Source: Escherichia phage T5. From it: a stretch of DNA of 64,000 bases. The DNA is taken from the sequence record AY692264.1. One strand, 5' to 3'. Position 1 is the first letter of the stretch. Each line of letters begins with the position of its first letter. Positions 1 through 9,730 of the stretch are shown here, piece by piece. The position numbers and the translations under genes were made by a program. Below the pieces are notes generated by a model. The model was not told the DNA's origin. It made no database searches and saw only the letters and a list, made by a program, of their open reading frames with translations.

Positions 1-123
1 TGTCCACTGCCTCCGGCGAAAATACTTAGTCTGCTAACCGCCACCCCCGTTACTATTACCATGCTAACTGTTTCACCCTGCAACCATTTTAATTGCAGGG
101 TGAAACAATTTCAACTTTAATTA

Positions 124-858
124 TTACGCAACTTTTAATTTCTCAATATATTGTTGCGGGCTGCAACTATATTCTGCGCGTTCTTCTTCGGTCATACCTT
201 CCCAACATAATTGCAGGCGGTCGGCTAGGAACTGATAATCATTATCATCCTCAAGAGATTCATCAATAAAGGTTTCACCTATCAATGTCACGCCGATTGA
301 TAGAATATCATTAACGGCTTGTGCGTCCAGCGTTTTAAATCCGTATGACGCTGCCGCTGATAGCACGCCTTTATGATCATCAATCATTGTAAAATCAGCG
401 TTCGGATATAATTGTTTGAATAGCCCAAAATAGTAACTTTTATAAACTGCGTCTTTGCTGTGGTATATCTCGCTAACTTTATCAGCCTCAAAATATTTGT
501 GTAGTGTATCGCGGGAAAATACACGGATATTACTATCACCACGACCGCGCAACCCTTGTTTACGCAAATAATAATAGTCCGACTTGCTCATTAGTCGAGC
601 GGTGCAAATAATGTTTAAAGTATTTGCGTCATTCATGCACTGGCGCATATATGTAACAAGGGGCAATAGTGTATCTTGCATTATTAAATCATGTTTGCAG
701 GCTTCATTTTTATACTTATTTAAATCTAAATTGCCCTCGCTATCAAAGCAAGGCGCTACACGATGAAACGAATTAATGATAGTGCCGTCCAGATCCCAAA
801 TCATGACGCGGGAAATATGCGGGAAATTACGGGTAATATTCGTTTTAACTTGATTCAT
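124..858 (-). CDS. dmp: HAD-superfamily phosphatase, probable 5'-deoxyribonucleotidase (dmp-like)
   Basis: 244 aa ORF with HAD motif I (WDLDGT) near N-terminus; first gene of pre-early block upstream of A1/A2 as in T5. Confidence 0.6.
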   Translation of the reverse strand: MNQVKTNITRNFPHISRVMIWDLDGTIINSFHRVAPCFDSEGNLDLNKYKNEACKHDLIMQDTLLPLVTYMRQCMNDANTLNIICTARLMSKSDYYYLRKQGLRGRGDSNIRVFSRDTLHKYFEADKVSEIYHSKDAVYKSYYFGLFKQLYPNADFTMIDDHKGVLSAAASYGFKTLDAQAVNDILSIGVTLIGETFIDESLEDDNDYQFLADRLQLCWEGMTEEERAEYSCSPQQYIEKLKVA

Positions 859-938
859 TTTGTTACGTTCTCCATTTGAGGGATTAGATTAATTCAGCAT
901 TACCCGCTATTAAATAGCGGGTAATAATAAATTAACTA

Positions 939-1334
939 TTAAAGGCCATACGCTAGCGCATCAGCGATAAAACTAACATCCTCGCCCGATACGCTGGAAC
1001 GAATGCCAGCGCATGTATACACCTTTGCGCTCATTAGCTGATCATCAAGGCAAGCGGGGCAAGGTGCGACTACTGCGAAAGCTAAACCGGATTTTACCGC
1101 GTCAATAATGATTGTTTCCTGTTTCATAGTGTCAACATAAACACCTTTTGCTTTAATATGGCTTGTTAGTTTGCCCTGCATATATGCAAACGTTGTAACT
1201 TGCATCGCGTCATTGAAATCTAATAGCTCATCAATAACGTGACCGGCCTCGACGTGATAACGCTGACCATTAGAATAAACCAGAACAATAGAAGACTGAG
1301 CGCGATCGAATGGGATACGGTTAGATTTAGCCAT
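939..1334 (-). CDS. hypothetical pre-early protein
   Basis: 131 aa ORF co-oriented with pre-early block. Confidence 0.45.
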   Translation of the reverse strand: MAKSNRIPFDRAQSSIVLVYSNGQRYHVEAGHVIDELLDFNDAMQVTTFAYMQGKLTSHIKAKGVYVDTMKQETIIIDAVKSGLAFAVVAPCPACLDDQLMSAKVYTCAGIRSSVSGEDVSFIADALAYGL

Positions 1335-1370
1335 GTTTATAACTCCAATTAGTTTAATAAGGGATTTAAT

Positions 1371-1649
1371 TTATTTGCTAGCTTCAAGACTTACAACAAA
1401 AGCGAGATTTGTTTCTTTCCATACGTCAGGAATATCATTTTCCTGTAAATGGTCTTTCGCTTCATACTCATTTTCAAAAGAATAAAAATCGCCGGACTCA
1501 ATTATATAAATATGCCCGTTTAGTTCATTTTGATAAATATAACAATTATTATCTTTTAAATTGCGGTATACAGTACCATGCCGTAAAACATCAAGCGACC
1601 ATGTATCAGCGGTGTTTTTCATGCTGGGAAGATTAATTTTAATAGCCAT
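1371..1649 (-). CDS. hypothetical pre-early protein
   Basis: 92 aa ORF, tight spacing with neighbours. Confidence 0.4.
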   Translation of the reverse strand: MAIKINLPSMKNTADTWSLDVLRHGTVYRNLKDNNCYIYQNELNGHIYIIESGDFYSFENEYEAKDHLQENDIPDVWKETNLAFVVSLEASK

Positions 1650-1705
1650 TTAATTTAGCTCCTGTAATAGCGGCTATATCTCAAGCCGCTAGGGGAATAA
1701 TTTAA

Positions 1706-3376
1706 TTACGCAAAGAATTTACCATTCTTAAAGTCAATCAAAGTGCGTTGACCGTTTGCATAGGTAATAATATGCGTTTGAGTCCAGCTAGACGCGCCAA
1801 CGTTGTAACCCATGTCCAGACTACCAGTCACGCCAGCGGTATAAACGCCGCCGTAAATGCTGGCGGTGTGGGTGTGTCCGGTGTTTAATTTGCCCAATTT
1901 CTTAAACTGTTTCGGGTTGCCACGGCTCCCGTTAATGCCGTTGTGACCGTGTACGCCGCATTCAATGCCTGCAATCTTGAAAGATTGGTCAGTGGTCAGG
2001 AAAATGGCGTTAAATTCACAGCCTGCAACCTTGCGCAGCGCATAATCAAGCACGTTAAAAGTATCGTCTTTTTCTGCAATAGCTCCATAAATCGCAGCAT
2101 TCAGGCGGTGATATAGTTCCGCGTTTGCTGGGTCGTCTTTAATGTTAGCATTACGATCATCTAACCAGCGGGATAGCGCCAGATCATGATTAGATTCAAC
2201 AATGATTGTTTGAGAAAAATCACGCTCCATTGATTCCAGTACGCGCCCCGTATCGATAAGATCATCTAATACCTTATCACGTCCGGCGGCATATTGTTTC
2301 GCTAGGAATACGCCAGATGCGCGGTTGTGATGGTTGCGTGATGTAAAATCATGCACGTCGTGTACAAACTGATATTTTGGTTTAAGAATATCAACAAGCC
2401 CGTAGGTGTCACCATGCCCCCAAGACGCAGCGGCGCACTCCTCATCTAATTTTTCAGCGTGAATGTCGCCATATTGTAAACCTAAAACGTGCCCCGTTGT
2501 TTCATAACATCCGGCAGGAGTGGCGCAAGTATTCAAATCATAAAACACGCCGCTCTCGTCCATCGTTTCAAGCTGGCGCACAAAAAACTCACCGTCCTCG
2601 TCAAACTCAACAATAAGCGCACCGAAGTTATGCAGCGCCTCGGCCTTTTGTCCTGCTTTCTGCTGGATGTAATTTTTTAGCGTTGCCGTTCCGGTTGAAT
2701 ACATACGGCGCACAATTTCACCTTTTAAAGCTGGCACGCTTTCGGCGGTGATTTTAGCCGCTCCAATTGCTAGACCTTCAAGATTCAGCGCGGTTGCAGT
2801 TTCAGCGAATCCAGAAAGCGGATAATCTGCGGTGGGTAAAACGTTAATTTCAGCCATGAAAGCAAATCGGCGATTATTTAAAAACACGTTTTTATTGCAG
2901 ATATATTTGTCAAATGCGGAATCGTATCTGATACCGTCGGCGCCCTCGCCATTTTGAAAACCGTTTTTGTTATAGATAAACTTGCTAACCAGCAAATCAG
3001 CGCCGATAAATTGGGCGTATTGTTCAAGTGAGGCTAAAAAGTTTTTATGCGGGAACGTATTATTCTGAATCGATGTAATAATAAAGCGTTTACCTTGTTT
3101 TACTTCCCATTGCTCAACCGTGCTAGAAACAATCCCCGCCGCTTCTGGGCGCTCATCGTTTTTAATGGCTTTTGCTACTTTCGCCGCTTTCGGTTTCGCT
3201 GGTTTATTTGCTTCCAGCCAGTCACAAATTGCGGTAGAGTGTTTTGTTGTATCGTAAACCATTTTTGAAATATCGTCGCAAACTTCCAATTTAGTAGCGC
3301 GCAGACGTTTACCGTAGAAATTAAAGTCAGCGGCCATTTTCAGGATAACGGTTTGTTTTTCTGCGGAAATAACCAT
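1706..3376 (-). CDS. A1: A1 protein, calcineurin-like metallophosphatase-fold nuclease
   Basis: 556 aa, same length as T5 A1; metallophosphatase motifs GDIH, GNHD-like, GHTH; followed by 135 aa A2-like ORF. Confidence 0.7.
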   Translation of the reverse strand: MVISAEKQTVILKMAADFNFYGKRLRATKLEVCDDISKMVYDTTKHSTAICDWLEANKPAKPKAAKVAKAIKNDERPEAAGIVSSTVEQWEVKQGKRFIITSIQNNTFPHKNFLASLEQYAQFIGADLLVSKFIYNKNGFQNGEGADGIRYDSAFDKYICNKNVFLNNRRFAFMAEINVLPTADYPLSGFAETATALNLEGLAIGAAKITAESVPALKGEIVRRMYSTGTATLKNYIQQKAGQKAEALHNFGALIVEFDEDGEFFVRQLETMDESGVFYDLNTCATPAGCYETTGHVLGLQYGDIHAEKLDEECAAASWGHGDTYGLVDILKPKYQFVHDVHDFTSRNHHNRASGVFLAKQYAAGRDKVLDDLIDTGRVLESMERDFSQTIIVESNHDLALSRWLDDRNANIKDDPANAELYHRLNAAIYGAIAEKDDTFNVLDYALRKVAGCEFNAIFLTTDQSFKIAGIECGVHGHNGINGSRGNPKQFKKLGKLNTGHTHTASIYGGVYTAGVTGSLDMGYNVGASSWTQTHIITYANGQRTLIDFKNGKFFA

Positions 3377-3417
3377 AATAATAAAACTCCATTAAAGGGA
3401 TTAAAAAACGTTTGTTA

Positions 3418-3433
3418 TTGGCAATATTGCCAA
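3418..3433. promoter_or_regulatory. perfect 16-bp palindrome TTGGCAATATTGCCAA upstream of A1
   Basis: exact self-complementary 16-mer about 40 bp upstream of the A1 start codon; adjacent hairpin AACGCC-N9-GGCGTT at 3438-3459. Confidence 0.5.
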
Positions 3434-3472
3434 ATATAACGCCTTGAATAATAGGCGTTATAATTTGCAACA

Positions 3473-3670
3473 TTAATTTAAAGGCATAAGGCTAGAACTA
3501 ACACCACAAGCAACGGCGGCAATAAAACAAATCAGACCTAAACGCTTTGCTAACTTAGATTTACGTTTAAAATAATACGAATCTAAATCATTTTGAAAAT
3601 AAGCGAACAATAACGAGGCCGCCATAATAAACAAGCCTAGAATGAGGGATTCAGTAGGGTAAAAGATCAT
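3473..3670 (-). CDS. small membrane protein
   Basis: 65 aa ORF with two hydrophobic segments. Confidence 0.35.
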   Translation of the reverse strand: MIFYPTESLILGLFIMAASLLFAYFQNDLDSYYFKRKSKLAKRLGLICFIAAVACGVSSSLMPLN

Positions 3671-3726
3671 TTTAAAACTCCAGTCAAAGGGAAATTATAG
3701 TGGGGAATATTCCCCACTAATTAAAT

Positions 3727-4134
3727 TTATTCGCCTGCGGCTTGTTTTACTTCATCGGCAACGCCTAACAGTTGCGCCACGGCGTCCAGCGTTTCCAATT
3801 TTGCACTTTCCAGTGATGCCAGATCGTCAGCGTCTTTGATAATACCGGAATCGATGGCATGTTTTGCAATCACACGCACGTAGTGCGCTTTGCGGATAGA
3901 ACTGCCGCCGCCAACCTTGCGAGGTTTATCGCTTTTCTGATACGCTTTCGCGCTGGTCAATTTTGAGCGAACAGACACGGGAGAAGCCGCGCCAACTGCT
4001 TTTGCAATCTCTTTTAAACCGTCGCTATTTGCGAAATCTAAACCGTTTTCATTAATTAACTGCTGGTACATGGAAACAGCTTTCTGAGTGTTTTCTTCAT
4101 TCCAAGCGAATTTTGCGGTTTTAGCGTTAGTCAT
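3727..4134 (-). CDS. A2: A2 protein (DNA-transfer associated, pre-early)
   Basis: 135 aa ORF immediately upstream of A1 in transcription order, matching the T5 A2-A1 arrangement and size. Confidence 0.65.
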   Translation of the reverse strand: MTNAKTAKFAWNEENTQKAVSMYQQLINENGLDFANSDGLKEIAKAVGAASPVSVRSKLTSAKAYQKSDKPRKVGGGSSIRKAHYVRVIAKHAIDSGIIKDADDLASLESAKLETLDAVAQLLGVADEVKQAAGE

Positions 4135-4170
4135 GATGTAACTCCTGTTTATTTAATTTAAGGGATAAGA

Positions 4171-4218
4171 TTAACATAATGTTAATCGTTATATCCCCCG
4201 AACTACTAGGGGATATAA
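4171..4218. promoter_or_regulatory. palindrome TTAACATAATGTTAA plus 10-bp inverted repeat TTATATCCCC/GGGGATATAA
   Basis: seen directly between A2 start and upstream ORF stop; candidate operator or terminator hairpin. Confidence 0.4.
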
Positions 4219-4229
4219 AAGTAACACTA

Positions 4230-4481
4230 TTACGCTACGGCTTCCCATTTTTCGTTACGCTGGGCAACCTTTACAACGTCGCCGGATTTAACCCGAACGT
4301 TGTAAACAGTTTTTCCGTTGTTACTCCGTTCCGTTTCAGCGTATACCGCATCAATTACATCAAACGGCATAAGCGCCGCGCCTTTAATGCGTTCGGTTTT
4401 TCCGGTTACCTCATCCGTTTTAGTAACGAAAGGGATAAAAACGGATTGACCAATTTTTGGCGCAGTAGTAACGTTTTGCAT
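4230..4481 (-). CDS. hypothetical pre-early protein
   Basis: 83 aa ORF. Confidence 0.4.
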   Translation of the reverse strand: MQNVTTAPKIGQSVFIPFVTKTDEVTGKTERIKGAALMPFDVIDAVYAETERSNNGKTVYNVRVKSGDVVKVAQRNEKWEAVA

Positions 4482-4683
4482 AATATAAACTCCAGTTTAT
4501 TAAGGGGGATTGTTCCGCATTACCTGCTGTAAAAGTAGTGGCAGGTAATAAGCAACAATCCGCTCGCCAATATAATCAATTTAAAGAACTCCACTCAGGC
4601 CGCTATATCCCAGTTAGGGGGCGGGACACATTATGGTAAGTGCCGACCGTCATATTTTATCAAGTTATCGCTCTCATCGAACT

Positions 4684-4974
4684 GGGTACATCTTAAAGCC
4701 TATCGGCTAGGGTGTCAAACTATTTTTTGCAGTTTTTTATGATTTTCTTTCAAGTCAATCATAATGTTTCGCCAGATCATTTCCAGACCTTGCTGGCGGC
4801 CTTTCTTGTACTGCCTAAATCGATATTTTACCGATTGCTGGGCTATTGTCAACAATTTTTTAGTAGTACCATCTAATTTTTTAGCTGGTTTACCAGTGAT
4901 CAATAAAGTTTGTTTCATATCGTCGATTCCTTATAATATATAAGTTTACCGCCGATAGACTTTAAGATGTACCC
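4684..4974. repeat. 24-bp inverted repeats (23/24 match) flanking a 243-bp segment
   Basis: GGGTACATCTTAAAGCCTATCGGC at 4684-4707 and its near-exact reverse complement at 4951-4974. Confidence 0.6.
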
Positions 4975-5410
4975 AATTTTTAAAGAGCGTGGCGGTAAAC
5001 TTCCCGCCGTGTAGTTCGTCATTGCCGCCCTACGAGATAAATAATAGGGGATACCCAAAAATGGCGCAACCTTATTTTTGTAAAGAAACGTAAAGAAGGC
5101 AACACGTCCGGCGCTCACCTAAGTTTAAAGGAAACGGGCGCGCGAATACCATAAAACCTAGCAGGTTGGCAAGTAATTTTTTCCTTTATATTTGCCTTGC
5201 CCTAGTTGACAAATCTTAGAAAGCTCGTGGTGACGATAAACGGGTTATCCCCTTATGATGGGATGCCTGAAAAATTTACCGCGTCAGAAAGCGTTTTAGG
5301 CGGCTTATTTTCGATTTAACAAATATTTAACAAAAGCAAAATTGAAAAATAGTTGGAAAAGATATTGACTTTTAAAAATCAAGACTAAACGAGTTATTTT
5401 ATAAAATTAA

Positions 5411-5929
5411 TTAATTGACAATTCCAAATTCAGCTTTTTTAGTTTCTACCCATAATAATAACTCTTGTAAATCATAACCTGATTTACTAACACTTTTGTT
5501 ACTAGTAGGATCTTTAACTATAGCGCGCAAATAGTTTCTTCCGTTATTATCAACTCTAGAACCATTATAATAGATATGCTTAGGCAACTTATTAGCACGC
5601 TTATAATCTTTCTTGTTATTCATATTCTGCTTATGGTCTACTAAGCGAAGATTATTAATGTTATTATTAGCACGGTTACGATCATTATGATCGATTGTTA
5701 GATTGCTATCAATCTCACCATTAAATAATACCCATATTATTCTATGCACTGCGTATTGTTCGCCTGCTAACTTTACTCGATAGTAACCTGTGTTACTATA
5801 ATGCCCTGCAATATCACCCACCTTACTATTACCTTTCTGTACTTTCCATCTTAGAAATGATGGGGATGTTTCATCATAATAAAAGTTATCATTAGCAAGC
5901 GAATAATCTATATCTTTAAATAGACCCAT
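5411..5929 (-). CDS. HNH homing endonuclease
   Basis: 172 aa; HNH-type motif ...DHNDRNRANNNINNLRLVDHKQN... Confidence 0.65.
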   Translation of the reverse strand: MGLFKDIDYSLANDNFYYDETSPSFLRWKVQKGNSKVGDIAGHYSNTGYYRVKLAGEQYAVHRIIWVLFNGEIDSNLTIDHNDRNRANNNINNLRLVDHKQNMNNKKDYKRANKLPKHIYYNGSRVDNNGRNYLRAIVKDPTSNKSVSKSGYDLQELLLWVETKKAEFGIVN

Positions 5930-6186
5930 TGTTATAGTTTCCTTATGTTATTAATTTAATCTCTATTATATTATATCAAAACCATTAGCAAACTACCTAA
6001 TGAGTTTTTCAGGTTTAATTAGCAGACTCATAATCACTTTAAAATCCTATTAGCCAACTAACTATATTTTGTTATATAATAACTGCATAAATTAGTTAGT
6101 GAGAAACACTATCATTTAAGTTATCCACAGCCTTATACATTTTGTAAATTAACTTGACACAATAGGAAGGCTTTATAGCACTTTTA

Positions 6187-6228
6187 CACAGACTTATCCA
6201 CAGGTTATTCCACTGTATAAATATACAG
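6187..6228. repeat. DnaA-box-containing repeat, left copy (inverted relative to 9411-9460)
   Basis: TTATCCACA boxes at 6121-6129 and 6195-6203; 16-mer CTGTATAAATATACAG at 6213-6228 identical to 9411-9426. Confidence 0.6.
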
Positions 6229-6443
6229 GGTAAATGGAAAACATATTATAATGATGCCCAAAATAAGCGGCCTAAAACGCTTTCTAACGAGCAAAACGCT
6301 ATAGGGTAATATTAAAGTAAAGCCTCAACGCGTCGCCCTGGTGGCTTCGCCGTGTTTTGCTCTTTACTATACCGCTGCGCGGTTAGCATAAAACTAGGCG
6401 CTAGGCAAGGAAAATAAAAAGGTAAAATAATATTTGCCTATGC

Positions 6444-6473
6444 TAGAAAATTACCTTTATCATTCACTCACCG
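6444..6473 (+). promoter_or_regulatory. candidate sigma70 promoter for plus-strand module
   Basis: TTGCCT, 18-bp spacer, TATCAT upstream of ORF 6495. Confidence 0.3.
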
Positions 6474-6494
6474 ATTAACGAGGGAGGCCAACAA

Positions 6495-7505
6495 ATGCGG
6501 CTATATAAACCAGATAACGCAACCGTCTTAAAGGGCGCCTTGCGCAACCTGCTGGATGGTAGCAGGACAACCAGCATTAAACATTTTATTAACAAGGCTG
6601 AAACTATTCACCAAAACTTTTTTAATGATTATGATGCCTATGATATGGATAGTTTTCTACCCCTATATAAGCAGGGGGCAACGATTATCTTATATAATCG
6701 TGATTGCCATATCTTTACGGGCAGGGGAGCGGGGCCGGATACTGATTTTATTGTTGCGCAGGGTAATAATATCGTTGCGTATCATAGCAATTCAGGCCGT
6801 CAATCATTTAATATAAATAATTTTGAGCTTGTTGGGCTTGAATTAATAAACGGACTTTCTAGCCTTGAGGGATTTTTAGATGTTATCTGGAAGTATTTAT
6901 CTGCTGGATGGCATAGACCTGATAGTGATGGATCTCAATATACGGCTGTAATGGCTTTTGATGGCGACGGTAATTTTTTATTACCATCGGAATTATATCC
7001 GTATGTATATAATGAGCTAGTACAAGAAGCGGGTTTTATTTTCTGGAAAGATGAGAATCAGATCATTGACAACACGGAAAAACATGCTGTAAATTCTAAC
7101 ACTCAAAGCGTTAACACTCAAATCACTGAAAACAAAGGAAAAAATGCCATGACCAAGATCGCTAATATCGTTGCCGCTAATAAATCCGCCGTTGTAAATG
7201 CTGCAAAACTGGAAGCGGGCAAAATTGCATTAACTCAAATCACGAAAGTAGCGGCTAAAAAAGCACCATTTATGATTAAAGGTTATATTGATACGCCTAT
7301 TGGTCGGGTAGTTATTGCTAACCTGCTGAGCGTAGCGGTTGACCAGTACGCCCCTAGCAACCAAAAGGCGAAAGCGGTAGCGGGTGCAGCTATGGAAGCG
7401 GCTATGCTAGAAATGGTGCAAAGTTTTAACATCGCTGAAATGATTGATGAAATGGTGAAAGGTATTGATATTTCTACTTTTACCGTTAACACCGAAAGCG
7501 AGTAA
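6495..7505 (+). CDS. hypothetical protein
   Basis: 336 aa ORF with GGAGG RBS; C-terminal Ala/Lys-rich region. Confidence 0.55.
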   Translation: MRLYKPDNATVLKGALRNLLDGSRTTSIKHFINKAETIHQNFFNDYDAYDMDSFLPLYKQGATIILYNRDCHIFTGRGAGPDTDFIVAQGNNIVAYHSNSGRQSFNINNFELVGLELINGLSSLEGFLDVIWKYLSAGWHRPDSDGSQYTAVMAFDGDGNFLLPSELYPYVYNELVQEAGFIFWKDENQIIDNTEKHAVNSNTQSVNTQITENKGKNAMTKIANIVAANKSAVVNAAKLEAGKIALTQITKVAAKKAPFMIKGYIDTPIGRVVIANLLSVAVDQYAPSNQKAKAVAGAAMEAAMLEMVQSFNIAEMIDEMVKGIDISTFTVNTESE

Positions 7506-7533
7506 TAATTAACCTAATGTAAAGTTTTGTAAA

Positions 7534-7560
7534 GGTCGCCATAATCGGCGGCCTTTTTTG
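7534..7560 (+). terminator. rho-independent terminator
   Basis: GGTCGCC-N5-GGCGGCC hairpin followed by TTTTTT. Confidence 0.55.
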
Positions 7561-7590
7561 TTATAATGCCTTTACACCGTTTGAGGACGG

Positions 7591-7854
7591 TTGAAAATTT
7601 TCCCAAAATTTTGGAGGCTTAAAATGGTTGCTTATTCTTCTTCTGACGCTCTTTTCACTGGAAAAGGCTGGGTATCAAATCGCTGGATCATTCAAGAAAT
7701 GGTGCAGGAGTTCGGCATTGCTAAAACTTACACTACCATTCAGGCGCTTTATGATAATGATCAAATCGATCAGCAAACGGCGGGCTTTTTGCTGGATACC
7801 CTGAAAGCGGAACACTGTACTAAAAAACAAGCCGCCAAAATTGTTTTAATGTAA
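7591..7854 (+). CDS. hypothetical protein
   Basis: 87 aa ORF. Confidence 0.45.
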   Translation: MKIFPKFWRLKMVAYSSSDALFTGKGWVSNRWIIQEMVQEFGIAKTYTTIQALYDNDQIDQQTAGFLLDTLKAEHCTKKQAAKIVLM

Positions 7855-7903
7855 TTAATAACGGGGCGTTACTTTCGCCCCACTAACTAGGGGAGTATTA
7901 CAA

Positions 7904-8083
7904 ATGGTTATTTTTCGAGCTATTCTGGCAGGTATCTTGGGCGCTATTCTGACCCTTTTTGCTACCGCTTACGGTATTCAAGATTCTTATTGTGGTTTAG
8001 TAAATACTAAACCTATGGTTATTATTGGCGCGGGTATCGCTGTATTTTCTTATCTGCTGGGCTGCATGAATAAAGGAGAATAA
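7904..8083 (+). CDS. small membrane protein (59 aa, below ORF-track cutoff)
   Basis: read manually: GGGGAG RBS then ATG; two predicted TM helices (MVIFRAILAGILGAILTLFATAYG...). Confidence 0.4.
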   Translation: MVIFRAILAGILGAILTLFATAYGIQDSYCGLVNTKPMVIIGAGIAVFSYLLGCMNKGE

Positions 8084-8085
8084 AA

Positions 8086-8298
8086 ATGATCCGCAACGTT
8101 TCTCTTGCTCGTTCAAAGGGTTTTAAGCTGGTGGATGTTAACACATTCGAGCGGGAAGATTGTAAAATCGAATATGTAGCACGTAATAAAAACGCCTTTC
8201 GTGTTACAGAAAAGAAATTTGATAAGCGCGGCAACGTGATAGCTGAAACGGTTAAACATTTTGCCACCTTTTACGCGGCTTTTCGTGGAGTGTTATAA
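8086..8298 (+). CDS. hypothetical protein
   Basis: 70 aa ORF with AAAGGAG RBS. Confidence 0.45.
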   Translation: MIRNVSLARSKGFKLVDVNTFEREDCKIEYVARNKNAFRVTEKKFDKRGNVIAETVKHFATFYAAFRGVL

Positions 8299-8299
8299 A

Positions 8300-8644
8300 A
8301 TGGTAATTTATGAAGGCAATCGCTTTGTTGCTATTTGCCGACCGGGATTATTAGCAAACTACTTAAATCAGGTGTCACCTGAATATAAAGGCGTCATTAA
8401 TATTTATGAGGGCAAGGCGCATTATAAGATTAATGCGGTCGTTGCCCGTGAATTAGCATTTCAATTTTTGACTTTCGCATCTTGTGATATTCAGGTCATG
8501 GGTGAAGCGTTAATTGCAGAAAATGAAGATGATTTTATTAATATCTTCCGCAAGGTATACACCGAGCGCCTGATAATGAAAGGCGCATATATTCAGTCAA
8601 CTGCGGAAAGTATTGAAACAGCTTTCAGAAAGGTGGCGCAATGA
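8300..8644 (+). CDS. hypothetical protein (start adjusted to internal ATG)
   Basis: ORF 8261-8644 in track; ATG at 8300 directly follows upstream stop. Confidence 0.4.
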   Translation: MVIYEGNRFVAICRPGLLANYLNQVSPEYKGVINIYEGKAHYKINAVVARELAFQFLTFASCDIQVMGEALIAENEDDFINIFRKVYTERLIMKGAYIQSTAESIETAFRKVAQ

Positions 8645-8953
8645 AGCTATATATTTTCGTTGGTAATGTTGAGGCTGCGAATGATTCCGCTGGTGGCGAT
8701 AACGTTCGCCACTATTGGCAAAAATATATTTACTAGGGTTATTATGATTACACTGATTTGCGTTAAAGCCGAAGGCGACACGATAGCGCGAGAAGGGCAA
8801 AAATATAAAGCCCAAAAAGATCAATTACTCAAAACAATTGAGCGTTACAAAATACCCGATCTCAAGTATTCCGTAGTAGGACGCGATGGGATTCTAAGGG
8901 CGACACTTGAGAACGCTATCTTTGAGATAGTCAACTAATAACGGGGCGTTATT

Positions 8954-9157
8954 ATGAGCAATAAAATTATTGTGACCAAAACTACCACAATGGTAGACGT
9001 TTTTTATGTGCCCGATACGCCGGAGAATCGGGGAGCGGTCGAGCGGGGCGAGTATGATAGCGTTATTTATGATGCCGATGGTTATTATCAGCATTTGGTC
9101 GATTCCTACGGGGAAGAGGAGAAGATCACGCATCGATTACCCGAGGGGGATTTATGA
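8954..9157 (+). CDS. hypothetical protein
   Basis: 67 aa ORF. Confidence 0.4.
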   Translation: MSNKIIVTKTTTMVDVFYVPDTPENRGAVERGEYDSVIYDADGYYQHLVDSYGEEEKITHRLPEGDL

Positions 9158-9272
9158 AACGATGGTTTAATCACTGGTATAAACGGTTTTTAGTACGGCA
9201 TCGCAAGTCTAGACAGCAAGATGATTGGCGGGAAATGGCAAAGCGTAACAATTGCCCACTTCTCTGATAACC

Positions 9273-9297
9273 GACGGGGATCAGCTCCCCGTTTTTC
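9273..9297 (+). terminator. rho-independent terminator
   Basis: ACGGGGA-loop-TCCCCGT hairpin followed by TTTTTC. Confidence 0.6.
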
Positions 9298-9410
9298 ACG
9301 CCTCCAGTTAAATCCCCCTTTGTTTTAGTATCCCCATCAAAATTAAACGCGTTAGAATGCGATCTAGGACGTTTTAGGCATATATTAGAATTATTCACTG
9401 CGTAGGAATA

Positions 9411-9515
9411 CTGTATAAATATACAGTAGGATAACCTGGGGATAAGTCTGTTGATAACGCTTCAAAATGGCTAGGATTTTGTCAAGGCGAATCGTGCTGT
9501 TGATAAGTCTGTGGA
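9411..9515. repeat. DnaA-box-containing repeats, right copies
   Basis: CTGTATAAATATACAG at 9411-9426; GATAAGTCTGT(T/G)GATAAC at 9441-9458 and 9493-9510; TGTGGATAA DnaA box at 9507-9515. Confidence 0.6.
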
Positions 9516-9547
9516 TAACTTAAATAACAGTGTTTCTCACTTCCGTT

Positions 9548-9730
9548 TTTAAATACGAATCATTATCATTCGTATTCCGCTTTTTAAATGAGAATCATTC
9601 CGCTTTTTAAATGAGAATCATTTCACTTCCTGAATAGTTCTCATTCCCTTTCTTAAATGAGAATCATTATCATTTGCATTTCACTTTTTAAATGAGATTG
9701 ATTCTCATTATCATTCGCATTCAGGCGAGC
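9548..9730. repeat. direct repeats of about 19 bp (TTTTTAAATGAGAATCATT), about 5 copies
   Basis: seen directly; irregular 22-43 bp spacing; no regular spacer structure. Confidence 0.6.

Noticed and set aside
4715-5118. ORFs 4715-4918 and 4915-5118 as protein-coding genes
   Set aside because: Inside a GC-rich island bounded by inverted repeats, no convincing RBS, atypical composition; kept only as part of a finding.
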